DNA of 64,000 nt from Octopus vulgaris (taxonomy: Eukaryota). Every line of letters starts with the position of its first letter. The first letter of the stretch is position 1. Of this stretch, positions 1 through 13,415 are shown one piece after another. The notes beneath the pieces were generated by a model that did no database searches, was not told the origin of the DNA, and was given only the letters and a program-made list of their open reading frames with translations. Both the position numbers and the translations under genes were made by a program. The stretch is from contig OX597831.1 of NCBI GenBank assembly GCA_951406725.2, forward strand, positions 40,982,001 through 41,046,000, written 5' to 3'.

Positions 1-128
1 CTGAGAGAGGGAGGGGGAATAGAGTGTGTTGACACATTATTGGAAAGGAAGTTAGAGAGAGTAGGAGGTAGAGGGCGTATAGGGATATTGTTAACAGACA
101 ATGAGTGACTTGCAGTTGATAGACAGAC

Positions 129-199
<71 letters not shown>

Positions 200-226
200 C
201 AGACAGATAATGATATATATATGTAT

Positions 227-596
227 TCCTTTATTTGTTTCAGTTGACTGCGGCCATGCTGGAGCACCGCCTTTAGTCGAACAAATCGACCCCAGGACTT
301 ATTCTTCGTAAGCCTAGCCTAGTACTTCTATTTCATCGGTCTCTTATGCCGAACCGCTAGGTTACGGGGACGTAAACACACCAACATCGATTGTCAAGCG
401 ATAGTGGGGAGACAAACACAGACACACAAACACACACACACACACCAGTTTCCGTCTACCAAATCCACTCACAAGGCTTTGATCGGCCCGAGGGCTATGG
501 TAGAAGACGCTTGCCCAAGATGCCACGCAGTGGGACTGAACCCGGAACTACGTGGTTGTTAAGCAAACTACTTACCACACGGACACTCTTGCGCCT
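227..596 (-). mobile_element. tRNA-derived SINE, family A
   Basis: Minus strand has a tRNA-like head (family consensus A box TGGCTGTGTGG, B box GGTTCAGTCCC), a CTTGGGCAAG body, an internal (CA)/(TA) tract and a tail GGCGGTGCTCCAGCATGGCCGCAGTC...; about 20 copies in the window. Confidence 0.85.
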
Positions 597-772
597 GCCT
601 ATCTATGTATACGTATATCTCACATACACGCATGTATGTATGTATGTATGTATGTATGTATGTATGGATGGATGAATGAATGAATGAATGAATGTATGGA
701 TATATGTAAGTATATAGGTAGGTGGAGGCTTCCGTATCTGTAAATGTATCAAGTAACGTCAAACGAGCACAA

Positions 773-822
<50 letters not shown>

Positions 823-966
823 CTGAGCGTGTGTGTGTGTGTGTGTGTGTCTGCGTCTGTATGTTTGTGTGTGTGTACGGACACTGTCTCCAGTTAAATT
901 TATATATCAGATAATGTTAAGCGCGTAAAATATATTTTAATGTACTTTACAACTCTTGTTACAATG

Positions 967-1047
<81 letters not shown>

Positions 1048-1288
1048 ATATATGTTTAAAGATATGTATATGAATGTGTACGTGTGCGCATGTGAGTGCG
1101 TGTGTGGAAGTGGAACTCTGTGTGTTTGTGTCCGTGTGTCTGTGTGTGTGCGTGTGTATAAGTGTAAGAGGTCAGACCTAAGTGACACTTTACATGTAGA
1201 CACATGTATGTGAGTGTGTGTGTGGCTTGTCCACGAGAGGGAGGGCAAACAGCAATAGAAAGACAGGGAGAAAGAGAGACAGAGATAG

Positions 1289-1319
<31 letters not shown>

Positions 1320-2029
1320 TATACAGACATACACATAGAGACAACTAGAGTGAGAGAGAGCGCGAGGAAGAGGGAGGGAGAGAAAGAAAGAAAAGAAGGT
1401 AAGAAAGAAAGCGATAAACAAAACGAATAGGAGAGAAAAAAAAAAAGCAACAGTGAACAACAGAAGTAGGTGGGGGGGGGGAGGGGGAGGGGAAGCGATG
1501 TAAAACCGAGGGAAATGAAATACTTTTCTTTTTCTTTTTCTTTTTCTTTTTCTTTTTCTTTCGGCGGGTCGGCGGCGGCGGCGGTTGTGGTGGACTACAG
1601 AATCATGACAAACACTTGTAGAATTAAAAAGATCACCATGAATTTATAATAGCTAAAGGGTTAAATCGCTCGCCCTGTTGAACAAAACTACAAACTAATA
1701 CACGTCCCGCCGTCATTCCTCAATATTTTCTACGGTGTAAACTTTATTTATATTATTATTTTTTTCCTCCCTTCATTCTTGTGTTCTACTATACACGGAT
1801 TTTTATCATTCCGACATTCCGATATTCTGAAACGAAAAGCTCATAGGATTTTACAAAACAGGTATAGTTAAAATTTAATAATTATATATTATATATATAT
1901 ATATATATATATGTAAATATTTATATTTATATCAATATATATATATGGTTACATATATATATATATATGGTTACATACATACCGACTACGAGTTTACGGG
2001 TATTCAATGTATACGAGTGATAAGTACGT

Positions 2030-2098
<69 letters not shown>

Positions 2099-2223
2099 TT
2101 ATTAATTAATGTACATATGTGTATTTATAAGCATGGAGTATCTTATGTAGCTTTCAAATATTTTGCGGAAGTATTTTTAAGTTGATACAAAGATGTACAG
2201 ACCTCGTTGCTTATATATATACG

Positions 2224-2319
<96 letters not shown>

Positions 2320-2539
2320 ATGTGTACAATTGTTGAGTGTCAGTACACACACACACACACACATATATATTTACATGTACTGTTGTTCGTGTGCGAACAC
2401 GCACGCCGATTATACGTCGATATATATTTCAGAAAACACACCTAGTTATTCATGTTTGAAGTTAAAGCATCCACGAGGATAATCCTGTTTGTATACGTTT
2501 TTGTCATATTTAACAAACTTGTATTTACTTATAACTTCT

Positions 2540-2629
<90 letters not shown>

Positions 2630-2672
2630 CAGTGAGAGATGTAGATACAGAGATATACAGATACATGTTTGT

Positions 2673-2712
<40 letters not shown>

Positions 2713-2773
2713 TCTTGTAGGTATCAGTAGTATATAACATGGAAAAATATATATGTATGTTTGTATGTATGTA

Positions 2774-2809
<36 letters not shown>

Positions 2810-2874
2810 CATACATGTACGTGGAAATATTTGCAGACACGTTTATTTGCAGTATACGTATTAAATTTCTTCAC

Positions 2875-2908
<34 letters not shown>

Positions 2909-2992
2909 TGTATGTATGTATGTATGTATGTATGTATGTATGTATGTATGTATGTATGTGTGTGTGTGTGTGTACATATACATATAAACATG

Positions 2993-3033
<41 letters not shown>

Positions 3034-3177
3034 TCATAATAGATATTTATGTGTGTGTGTATGTGTGTTTTTGTGATGTTCGTAGTATCTTGAAACACTC
3101 GCGCACAGGTGCACGCCTATCTGTGTGTGTGTGTGTGTGTGTGTGCGTTTAAGTATGTGTTTATGTACGTATGTCTG

Positions 3178-3210
<33 letters not shown>

Positions 3211-3359
3211 GTGCGTGTGTAAGAAAGCATAAAGCATTCGTGATATATAGAACTTAAATAGGAGTATGTATACAGCTTGTTTTGGGTTGCTCTGTTTACA
3301 AAGAAATATCTCATGTTCACCTCTTGGAGTTTGTATTCCTCTTCGATTCAATCATGCAT

Positions 3360-3412
<53 letters not shown>

Positions 3413-3463
3413 CTCTCCCCTCCTGTCTTTCTTCCTGCCTCTCTCCCTCTCTTCTTCTTTCTG

Positions 3464-3531
<68 letters not shown>

Positions 3532-3754
3532 TCTCTGTGTTCTGTCTCTATTTTCTATGGAAGTGCCTTTCTCCCTGTAACTCTCTCTCTCTATCTATCT
3601 CTCTCTCTCTTGTTAAGTGTCTCTCTCTATCTTTCTCTTTCCTTCTCTGTCTCTCTATTTCCCTAACTAATTCTCACTGTCTTTCTTTTTAAACATCTTT
3701 CAATCCCTTTCCCCCTTTTCTCTCTACTTCTAAAGCTTGCTTCTTTCATTCCCT

Positions 3755-3800
<46 letters not shown>

Positions 3801-4163
3801 AATTCAGTCTTTCGTGTTTGTCTTTCATTATATTTCTCTCCTTCGAATTCCTCTCTTTCTCTTCCTCTTTCTCTCTCTCTCTTTCTCTTTCTTTCACTCT
3901 TTGTATGTCGTTTCCATATATTTTTATACAAATTCATTTTCCTTCCTGTTTCGCTCTCTCTCTCTTTTTCCTCTTTCCACTCCCCTTGCCCCCCCCCTCC
4001 CCATTCTAAGAGCTTGCCTCTCTTCTCTCTCTCTCTCATCCAATCTCTGTCCCCCTCTCTCACAGTCAACACGCTCCCTCCCTCCCTCTCCCTCCCCCTC
4101 TCTCTCTCCCCTTTCTTCGCAGTCTGTGATTGCTGTTTTTCGTTCTCTGTCGCTGTCCAGCAG

Positions 4164-4334
4164 ATATTGTTGATTCTTCCCTCAGTCGGTTCCAGCGGAC
4201 TAAGCTCGCCTTATTTTTCGACGTGGAACCAAATTCCGAATGGAATGCAAATTGCTTTACCAAACATGCCCGAGGCTAAAGAACTTGGCCCAGTTCTCCC
4301 CCATGCCACCATGCCACAGTACCTCAAATTGTAA
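4164..4334 (+). CDS. possible host-gene exon (unidentified)
   Basis: Unique, moderate-GC island between microsatellites. Pyrimidine-rich stretch and CAGCAG acceptor at 4158-4163, then open frame [56 protein letters not shown] ending at TAA or at a weak GT donor (4331). Protein not recognised. Confidence 0.3.
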   Translation: MLLILPSVGSSGLSSPYFSTWNQIPNGMQIALPNMPEAKELGPVLPHATMPQYLKL

Positions 4335-4436
4335 CATTGAACATCTTTTGGGACATTCACAACTACAATCTTTCCATCTGTCTTCTATTTCTGTTTGTCT
4401 CTGTATGCTTATCTATCAATCAGTCTATCGATCTAT

Positions 4437-4537
<101 letters not shown>

Positions 4538-4635
4538 CGTCTGTCTATTTGTCTGTACATCTACCTGTTAGTCTATCTCTTTATCTATCTATCTATTTGT
4601 CTGTATATCTACCTGTTAATCTGTCTATCTATCTG

Positions 4636-4684
<49 letters not shown>

Positions 4685-4727
4685 TTGTCTGTATATCTAC
4701 CTGTTAATCTGTCTATCTGTCTATCTG

Positions 4728-4779
<52 letters not shown>

Positions 4780-5060
4780 ACCCATTATTAATCTACCTAC
4801 CTATCTATCTTTCTAAATATCGGTCTATCAGTTTATCACTATCTTTGGGCCTAGCCCATAGCTTAGTGGTTAGGGTGTTGCACTCATGACCATAAGATGC
4901 TAGTTTCGATGCCTCGCCTGGGCAATGCGTTGTGTTCTTCTGCAAAACATTTCATTATACACGCTGTTCAGTCGGCAAAATGAATAAGTCTGCGAAAGAC
5001 CGGCGTACCGGGAGTGAGTGTACACACCAAAGGGGTCTAATGCAGTTTTGTACCTCTCCT

Positions 5061-5466
5061 TACTCTTTCTCTTTTACTTGTTTCAGTCATTTGACTGCGG
5101 CCATGCTGGAGCACCGCCTTTAGTCGAGCAAATCGATCCTCGGGACTTATTCTTTTGTAAGCCCAGTACTTATTCTATCGGTCTCTTTTGCCGAACCGCT
5201 AAGTAATGGGGACGTAAACACCAGCATCGGTTGTCAAGCAATGCTAGGGGGACAAACACACTCACACAAACACACACACGCATATATATATATACATATA
5301 TACGACAGGCTTCTTTCAGTTTCCGTCTACCAATTCCACTCACAAGGCATTGGTCGGCCCGGGGCTATAGCAGGAGACACTTGCCCAAGATGCCACACAG
5401 TGGGACTGAACCCAGAACCATATGGTTGGTAGGCAAGCTACTTACCACACGACCACTCCTGCGCCT
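5061..5466 (-). mobile_element. SINE family A, full length
   Basis: Colinear with the other family A copies from head to tail. Confidence 0.9.
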
Positions 5467-5518
5467 ACCTTGAAAACTTTTTTCGGATTCCTACGTTTTA
5501 GATGTCGGAGATTACGAA

Positions 5519-5923
5519 TACTCTTTTACTCTTTTACTTGTTTCAGTCATTTGACTGTGGCCATGCTGGAGCACCACCTTTAGTCGAGCAAATCGACCCC
5601 AGGACTTATTCTTTGTAAGCCTAGTACTCATTCTGTCGGTCTCTTTTGCCGAACCGCTAAGTTACTGGGACGTAAACACACCAGCATCGGTTGTCAAGCG
5701 ATTTGGGGGGGGGGACAAACACAGACGCACAAATATATACATACACGTGCATATATATATATATATACATATATACGACGGGCTTCTTTCAGTTTCCGTC
5801 TACCAAATCCACTCACAAGGCTTTGGTTGGCCCGAGGCTATAGTAGAAGACACTTGCCCAATGTGCCACGCAGTGGGACTGAACCCGGAACCATGTGGTT
5901 GGTAAGCAAGCTACTTAACACAC
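5519..5923 (-). mobile_element. SINE family A
   Basis: Family A copy splitting the left arm of the foldback element. Confidence 0.9.
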
Positions 5924-6040
5924 AAAAATAATTCTTTTAATTTCCCCCCTTCCCACCAACTTAAAATTTTGATTTTGTTTACTTTAAAGAGAATGTAGCG
6001 AATTGTAGCGGTGTTGTTTTTAACCCCAGGAAGACATTCA

Positions 6041-6136
<96 letters not shown>

Positions 6137-6180
6137 ATCCATCCATCTATCCATCTATCTATCTATCTATCTATCTATAC

Positions 6181-6381
6181 CAGTACTTTTCAAACTTTTT
6201 GCTGGAGCGGAACCCCAAGGAAACATTCCACTGGCTTGAGGAACCCCTGTGCAATAATTTAATAGTCTTATGCACACATATCTGCACAGGAGAATTGAAA
6301 ATTACTGCCGATTTTAGCAGTTTTGTAACCTCTTGCGGAACCCCTGGACTGTACTGGCGGAACCCTGGTTGAAAACCACTG
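6181..6381. mobile_element. hAT-superfamily MITE (201 bp)
   Basis: TIRs CAGTACTTTTCAA / TTGAAAACCACTG, perfect 8-bp TSD ATCTATAC (6173-6180 and 6382-6389), subterminal GGAACCC repeats. Confidence 0.9.
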
Positions 6382-6727
6382 ATCTATACACATATCTATA
6401 TGTTTATCGAATTAAACATTTTGAAAACGTGGTCTCTTGCATATTCGGTTTCCTACAATCTCTTTAAAGTAAACAAAATCAAAATTTTAATTGGCGTGGT
6501 GGTGGGGGGTGCAATTTAAAAAAAAATTCTATTTACATATTCGTAATCTCCGACTTCTAAAACGTAGGAATCCCCAAAAAATTGTTTTCAAAAACATGCA
6601 TTTTTCAAGGAGAGGTGCGAATCTGCATTATCCCACCCCACCAAAGAAGCTGGGCTTTTTGCTCTTTTTCGTATCCATCTATGTATCTATTTATCAAGCT
6701 ATTTGTCTATCTATCCATTTATCTATA

Positions 6728-6758
<31 letters not shown>

Positions 6759-6781
6759 ATATCTATCTATCTATCTATCTA

Positions 6782-7175
6782 AGGATGGCATGTATGAATG
6801 ACGAAGCCACCTTGAGCATAATCCTATGAAGTCGGAAATTTAAAACAGAGGGTTACCTACTTGCAAACAAATGTAGTAATATGTAACAATATTGACCGAG
6901 GTTACCGTGGTCTTTTCCGTAGGCTTTTCTTCCCACGGATAAACCTTATCTGCTTCCCCCTTACATTTTATATCATGACACTGTGATACACGATCCCTAT
7001 TGATCGTTTTTTTTTTTCCTCTTTTGTTTATTTACCTTTTTTTTTCTTTCTTCTTTCCCTTTTGATCGAAAACCTACCCCACCTTTATATTTTTTTTTCT
7101 CTCCCCCAAAAAGAAAAGCTCTACTTTGTAATCTGTCCTGTCTGTGTGCAGCCCTGTGTGCCTAATAAAGAAACA
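6782..7175 (+). mobile_element. LINE 3' end fragment (possibly Tx1/L1-like) in a (TATC)n tract
   Basis: Short ORF end (RMACMNDEATLSIIL*), T-rich UTR and AATAAAGAAA tail. The 3' part recurs at about 32905-33043, also between (TATC)n runs. Confidence 0.5.
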
Positions 7176-7323
7176 TATCTACCTACCTACATATCTATCC
7201 ATACATCTATGTACATGGGACTCCGTATAATAGTTTGTTGTTAAAACTTCTGTGCATGGAAGTGCTTGTACTTCTACAAAACACGAAATATATAAACAAC
7301 GTTTATAAAATTCCTAATAATAT

Positions 7324-7743
7324 TTACTCTTTACTCTCTCTTACTCTTTTACTTGTTTCAGTCATTTGACTGTGGCCATGCTGGAGCACCGCCTTTAGTC
7401 AAGCAAATCGACCCCAGGACTTATTCTTTGTAAGCCTAGTACTTATTCTATCGGTGTCTTTTGCCGAACCGCTATGTTACGGGGGACGTAAGCACACCAG
7501 CATCGGTTGTCAAGCAATGCTAGGGGAACAAACACAGACACACAAACATATTCACACACACTTATATATATATACATATATACGACAGGCTTCTTTCAGT
7601 TTCCGTCTACCAAATCCACTCACAAGGCATTGGTCGGCCCGGGGCTATAGCAGAAGACACTTGCCCAAGATGCCACGCAGTGGGACTGAACCCGGAATCA
7701 TGTGGTTGGTTAGCAAGCTACCCAAACAGCCACTCCTGCGCCT
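7324..7743 (-). mobile_element. SINE family A
   Basis: Full copy, directly adjacent to a second copy in tandem. Confidence 0.9.
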
Positions 7744-8322
7744 CTTTACTCTCTTTTACTCTTTTACTTGTTTCAGTCATTATTTGACTGTGGCCATGCT
7801 GGAGCACCGCCTTTAGTCGAGCAAATCGACCCCATGACTTATTCTTTGTAAGCCTAGTACTTATTCTATCGGTGTCTTTTGCCGAACCGCTATGTTACGG
7901 GGGACGTAAGCACACCAGCATCGGTTGTCAAGCGATGTTGGGAGGACAAACACAGGCGCACAAACGTATACTCATACATATATATATACATATACAGGCG
8001 ATCATTCGTTACAAGTAACATAACTGCCACTTATAAACCCACGTGGGTTTATTTACATTTCTGAAGAAAAAAAATATACCCTTCCCCCACCCCTAACCCT
8101 AACGCTAACCCCACATACATAACAATTTTACGGAGTGACGATCTTCTTCTTCAAATGTAAACAAATATACGTGACGTAAATGGGACTCATATCGAAAGAA
8201 TGTCGGCTATAGTAGAAGACACCTGCCCAAGGTGCCACGCAGTGGGACTGAACCCGGAACGATGTGGTTGGTAAGCAAGCTACTAACTACACAGCCACTC
8301 CTATATAGTGATGAAAAAAATA
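7744..8322 (-). mobile_element. SINE family A interrupted by a ~210-bp insert (about 7995-8204)
   Basis: SINE sequence stops at the internal TA tract and resumes at GGCTATAGTAGAAGAC. The insert contains CCCTAACCCTAACGCTAACCC. Confidence 0.8.
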
Positions 8323-8544
8323 TAATAGGATTGTTTAAACACAGAAAGGCACCCGACTAAAGTAGAAATCAAAGAGGTTCAACGGTAAATATTAAAAAAA
8401 TGATTGAGTTTGGTCGAACAATTGAAAAAAAAAAAAAAAAACAAGAATAATACGGTGTGTGTGTGTGTATTATTTTGAAACCGGAAATACATAGGTATTA
8501 CTCAATGACATTTTCTCGCAAATTATTGTTTTTTTATTTTTATT

Positions 8545-9095
8545 ATTATTATTTTTTTTTTTTCCAAATACCCACCTTTTCGGATACGGATATTCCGGAG
8601 AATTGCCAAAAATCGGAATTTTGAAATCCCCCCCCACCCCACCCCAAAAAAAATTTCTTCATTTTTTTACTTTTTTACGTAACCCTAACCCTAAAACCCC
8701 AACCCTAACCCTAAAACCTTGACCTTAATCCTAAAACCCTAACCCTAACCTTAAAACCCTAACCGTAACCCAAGCCCTAAGTAGAAAACTTTTTGGAATT
8801 GTTTTTCAGAATCATGATCTCCGCATTTTTCAGCATATTTTAACAAAAAAAAAAAAAAAAAAATTTGTGACAAAAAAGTTTTACAAAAATTTATGGAAAA
8901 TTTTTCCAGAATTATAATCTCCGTATTTTTCCGCATATTTTGAAAAAAAAAATTCTGAAAAAAGTTTAAAATGAAAAATTTAGGGGTGGGACGGGTGGGG
9001 GGTAATTTCAAAATGCCGATTTTTGCCAATTTTTTTGCAGATTCGTATTCTCCGTGGCCGAAAACGGGGGTTTGTGGAGAAAAAAAAAATTGAAT
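8545..9095. mobile_element. foldback element enclosing degenerate (CCCTAA)n telomeric repeats
   Basis: Arms about 8545-8670 and 8965-9095 are imperfect reverse complements (aattgccaaaaatcggaattttgaaat / atttcaaaatgccgatttttgccaatt). TAACCC-type repeats at about 8680-8780. Confidence 0.65.
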
Positions 9096-9231
9096 AAAAA
9101 AGGGGGCGTTTTTTTTGAAGTGGGGTACAAAAGGAAGTCTTGCCGAATGAAAAGGGTAAAGATCCATCCCCTTCGGTCATGAATGGCTATATGACAGCAC
9201 CTTGAAAGTTCCCTTCTGTGGCACAATCCAG

Positions 9232-10070
9232 GCAAGTTTACCTATCTTGGCTCTATCGTCACCTACAACCTATCCCTTGATGCTGAGCTCAATATACGCA
9301 TTGGCAAGGCAGCTGCTGTGATGGCCCAACTCACCAAACGCGCATGGGACAACAATAACCTGACCAAGACCACAAAAATGAAGATTTACCAGGCATGTGT
9401 ACTTAGCACTCTACTGTATGGAAGTGAGACTTGGACGCCATCCACACGCCATACGACGCCATACGTCGCCTAAATATCTTTCACCTGCGCTGCCTCCGGA
9501 AAGTCCTTCGCATCAAATGGCAGAATTATGTCCCCAACAAAGATGTCCTCAAGCAAGCAGGAATACCAAGCATGTTTGCACTCCTCACACAAAGATGTAT
9601 GATATGGCTTGGACATGTTAGCCGTATGGAAGATGGCAGAATCTCCAAGGACATACTCAACGGAGAGCTTGCTAGGGGCACTAGGTCTGTGGGAAGATCG
9701 TTCTTACGATACAAGGATGTTTGCAAAAGGGACATGAATGCCTGCAACATCAATATTACCAACTGGGAAGCAGTTGCCAGCAACCGTGGAGATTGGCGAC
9801 GTACCGTAAAAGAGGGAACACAAAGGAGTGACATAGAGAGAAAGGAGAAATGGAAAGACAAGAAAAGACGTCAACAAGAAACTATGATATTACAACCAGC
9901 CAGGCAAAGTCTTCGCTACATTTGCGGCGCCTGCCAGAGGGAATATTTGTCCAGGATAGAACTACACAGCCACAGCAGGAGATGTATTAGGACATGAAAT
10001 GTAAAAGCCGGACTAGATTATTTTATGCGCAACTCCATTGTCTCCCGAGACAAAAAGGATGCCAACAAGA
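9232..10070 (+). mobile_element. RTE-clade LINE, 5'-truncated 3' end
   Basis: Translates to KFTYLGS...ELNIRIGKAAAVM...IYQACVLSTLLYGSETW, then RLNIFHLRCLRKVLRIKWQ...WLGHVSRMEDGRISKDILNGEL and a C-terminal CxxC...HSHSRRC knuckle. Tail CCATTGTCTCCCGAGACAAAAAGGATGCCAACAA. Confidence 0.9.
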
Positions 10071-10359
10071 ATATATATGGATTTCGTAGACAGGAACTGT
10101 AACAAATCAATCGTATATATATATGTAAGTGTATGTGTGTGTCTTTGTCTCTGTGTTTCGCCCTCATCACTGCTTCACAACTGCTGTTCATTTATTTACA
10201 TCCACATAACTTACTGGTTTCACAAGAACAAACTAATAGAATAAGTACTAGGCTTATCAACATAAAAAAGCACTAGGCTGTGTCTCATATTTTTGTTTGC
10301 CCACTCAGTTGTATCTATCAATTTATCTTTGTATGTGTGCGTGTGTGTGTTTGTATCTA

Positions 10360-10367
10360 TCTATCTA

Positions 10368-10414
<47 letters not shown>

Positions 10415-11710
10415 CACCCTAGTGAGAGCCTTAACTCCCAAATTTTAGTCATTTCTTTTATGATCCAAAGCTAGGTCAAAGGTACTGAATGGATCTTTAT
10501 GAAATTTGGAAATTTTATGCATAAGGGCCATAAACCCCATGACAATTCATATATTTTTGCTGTTGATGAAATTTTAACCATAGATATTAGACACAAATGA
10601 AGTAATATTTATAAAATTTCATCTTCTTACAAAGTTAGAAAGACTCCTCCATGGGGACTTAACACCAATAATTTTGTCATTTTATCTAAGCAGAAACAAA
10701 TACAGTTGTGCTCTTGGAAGCTGTAGGGTTACCCGATCATTATTTCTAATTCAATGGTACAACAGTGTAACAGTTTGCTTTGACATACACTTACATTGTG
10801 ATTTCTGCAATGCGGTGCATAAATTGTCAAGTAAATGAGAGGCATCTTTGCCTCCACTGATTCAGTTGCAAAGTGTTGAGTAAAGTTATTTGATTGCAGA
10901 CCTCCTTTCAGTCTTTTTATTATCACTTGGTCACACATAGTCCCCAGATGGTAACATTGATTTCATGGCCTTCCCAGATGAGTGACTGGTTATTCAAAGA
11001 CATTTATAGATTTTAAATTTATTCTGTCCAGTTACGTATCAGTATAGTGGTCATTTGCAAACTCCAGAGTCGACACTTTCATTTCTCCTTAGCCCTCACG
11101 TCAAACAGTTGTTAATGTTGATTTCAGTTGGGTCACGTCCTTCCAATTGCTATAGATTCGTAATGCATCTTACGGCTGTGCCTGTCACCTGGATGGTGAG
11201 GAATCCTACATTGGGAGTGGTAACGACTAGGGTAAGGTAACTGACTGCTTATTGTGATCATTCGTCGTTTGGTTTCCTGTAGCTTTGCTCTCTTTTACAA
11301 ATTCAGTGAACATATATTTCTTATTTCAAAGAAATTCAAACAATAGATATAAGACCCAAGTTAAAAAGATTTTCAACAATTCAACTTCTCTGGTTGACAT
11401 TAAGATGCCCACCCCCAACAGGGGCCTTAACTCTCACATTTTAGAGCTCCATGACCTTCATTTTTCAGGAGCAAAATCTTTTTCACAAGTTCAATAAGAC
11501 TGGAATTTTGGAATATGCGCATAAAAATCAGTATTATGGGATACATGTGGCACGATTACAATTTTTAGGGTGTGTAAAGAGTGAAATAACCCTCATCTGC
11601 AATTTTGATGAAATTCGAAGCATAGATATTCCAGTTCATTACAGAAGATATAACAGAAAAGTCTATTTCTCCAATTGAATGTAACCAGGCAACGCCGGGT
11701 ATCTCTGCTA

Positions 11711-11711
<1 letters not shown>
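10360..11711 (+). mobile_element. probable non-autonomous Helitron
   Basis: 3' hairpin ACCAGGC-AAC-GCCGGGT (11684-11700), then CTAG|T seven bases later. The candidate 5' end is A|TCTATATAT...AA; this boundary is uncertain. Confidence 0.6.
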
Positions 11712-11758
<47 letters not shown>

Positions 11759-11800
11759 GTATTCATCCATACACGCGCACATGTATATACATACACACAA

Positions 11801-11831
<31 letters not shown>

Positions 11832-11837
<6 letters not shown>

Positions 11838-11955
11838 CGTGATCACCGTGATCGACCAGGCTATCAGATGTCGTTACACATCGCTGGTCACAATGCGCTT
11901 CACATTGTTTTTTAGCCTTCAAATGACGGCACCCCGCTGGCTAAGCGAGCAGGTT
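11832..11955 (-). mobile_element. SINE family B2 tail fragment
   Basis: Matches 27813-27915 (atcaccgtgatcac.gtga.cgaccagg.tatcag...cgctggtcacaatgcgctt); flanked by (TA)n. Confidence 0.75.
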
Positions 11956-11982
11956 AATATATATATATATATATATATATTG

Positions 11983-12204
11983 TCTTTTAGCTTTTACTTG
12001 TTTCAGTCATTAGACTGCGGCCATGCTGGGACACCACCTTGAATTTTAAAGTTGAATGAATCGACCCCATTACTTATGGTTTAAGCCTGATACTTATTTT
12101 ATCGGTCTCTTTTGCCGAACCGCTAGATTACGGAGACGTAAACAAACCACCACCGGTTGACTAGCGGTGATGGAGAGACAAACACAGACCCGAAGACATA
12201 CACT

Positions 12205-12250
<46 letters not shown>

Positions 12251-12411
12251 TACGACTGTCTTTCAGTCTCCGTCTGCCAAAACCACTCAACACTTTGGTC
12301 GGCACGAGGCTACAGTAGAAGACAGTAGCTTAAATTGCCACGCAGTGGGACTGAACCCGGAACCATCTTGTTGGAAAGATAGCTTCTTACCACAGAGCCA
12401 CTCCTGCGCCT
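11983..12411 (-). mobile_element. SINE family A (diverged)
   Basis: Colinear with family A. Confidence 0.85.
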
Positions 12412-12433
12412 ATATTCGCATAGCCACTCCTAA

Positions 12434-12468
<35 letters not shown>

Positions 12469-12720
12469 CACACACACACACATATATATATACACACACA
12501 CACACGCACACACAAATAAATTGGTACAAACATACGCATACATATTACATATACATACACACATCGATACATACTTCATATACACAGGGGAAACCCCCAT
12601 CAACCCGACAGTGCGCATATCATATACACATCTAACACAGAGACGCAAATAAGACGGCTATGGGTGGATCTATTATAAAATCTGAGAACCCCCACCCAAC
12701 ACGAAATCCTGACTACGCCC

Positions 12721-12834
<114 letters not shown>

Positions 12835-13004
12835 ATGTATTATGTGTGTGTATATATATATATATATATGTATGTATGTACATATATATGTATGTATATA
12901 TATGTATGTATTTATATATATATATATACATATGTATGTATACATATATATACATTCATATGTATGTGTGTGTGTGTGTGTGTATACATATATTTATATA
13001 TATA

Positions 13005-13146
13005 AAATACAAAATGGGACAAGAACGCAAAGCATCCCAGATACACGATACAAAAAACACACACGGGTCATTCGACGATACAAAAAACATTCGAAGCCTT
13101 TAATCTTCGGTCAAGAACCGGATCATCCTCGCAATTTCGGCTGATA
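13005..13146 (-). mobile_element. short repeat module in (TA)n, probable Penelope-like 3' end
   Basis: Homologous to about 37765-37880 and, on the opposite strand, 52030-52087 (gggacaagaacgcaaa.catcc...). This copy and the 52030 copy abut (TA)n. Confidence 0.5.
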
Positions 13147-13159
13147 TATGTATATACTC

Positions 13160-13220
<61 letters not shown>

Positions 13221-13234
13221 AACACACATGCTCT

Positions 13235-13415
13235 CTAAGCAGCATATCTTCGAGACTTAACGTTCTGAGTTCAAATAGCACCGGACTCGGTTTTGCCTTT
13301 CTTCCTTTCGAGGGTCGATAAAATAAGTGACAGTTGAGCACTGGAGTCGATCTTTATCTGTTTACAACCCCTCCCTGACACAGCTGTCCTTGCACCGAAA
13401 TTTGAAACCTACATA
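13235..13415 (+). mobile_element. SINE family C (Meta-domain-like)
   Basis: GTTCTGAGTTCAAAT box plus GCCTTTCTTCCTTTCGAGGGTCGATAAAATAAGT domain shared with copies at 17588, 33345, 42630 (-) and 51175. Confidence 0.7.

Larger units (their letters stand above)
5470..6592. mobile_element. foldback/MITE-like element with long inverted arms, interrupted by a SINE and a hAT MITE
   Basis: 5470-5520 is the reverse complement of about 6538-6590 (tattcgtaatctccgac.tctaaaacgtaggaatcc). 5955-5997 is the reverse complement of about 6452-6492 (ctctttaaagtaaacaaaatcaaaattttaa). Confidence 0.7.

Noticed and set aside
8680-8780. True telomere or chromosome fusion site
   Set aside because: Short, degenerate, single-orientation repeats enclosed by inverted arms of an element.
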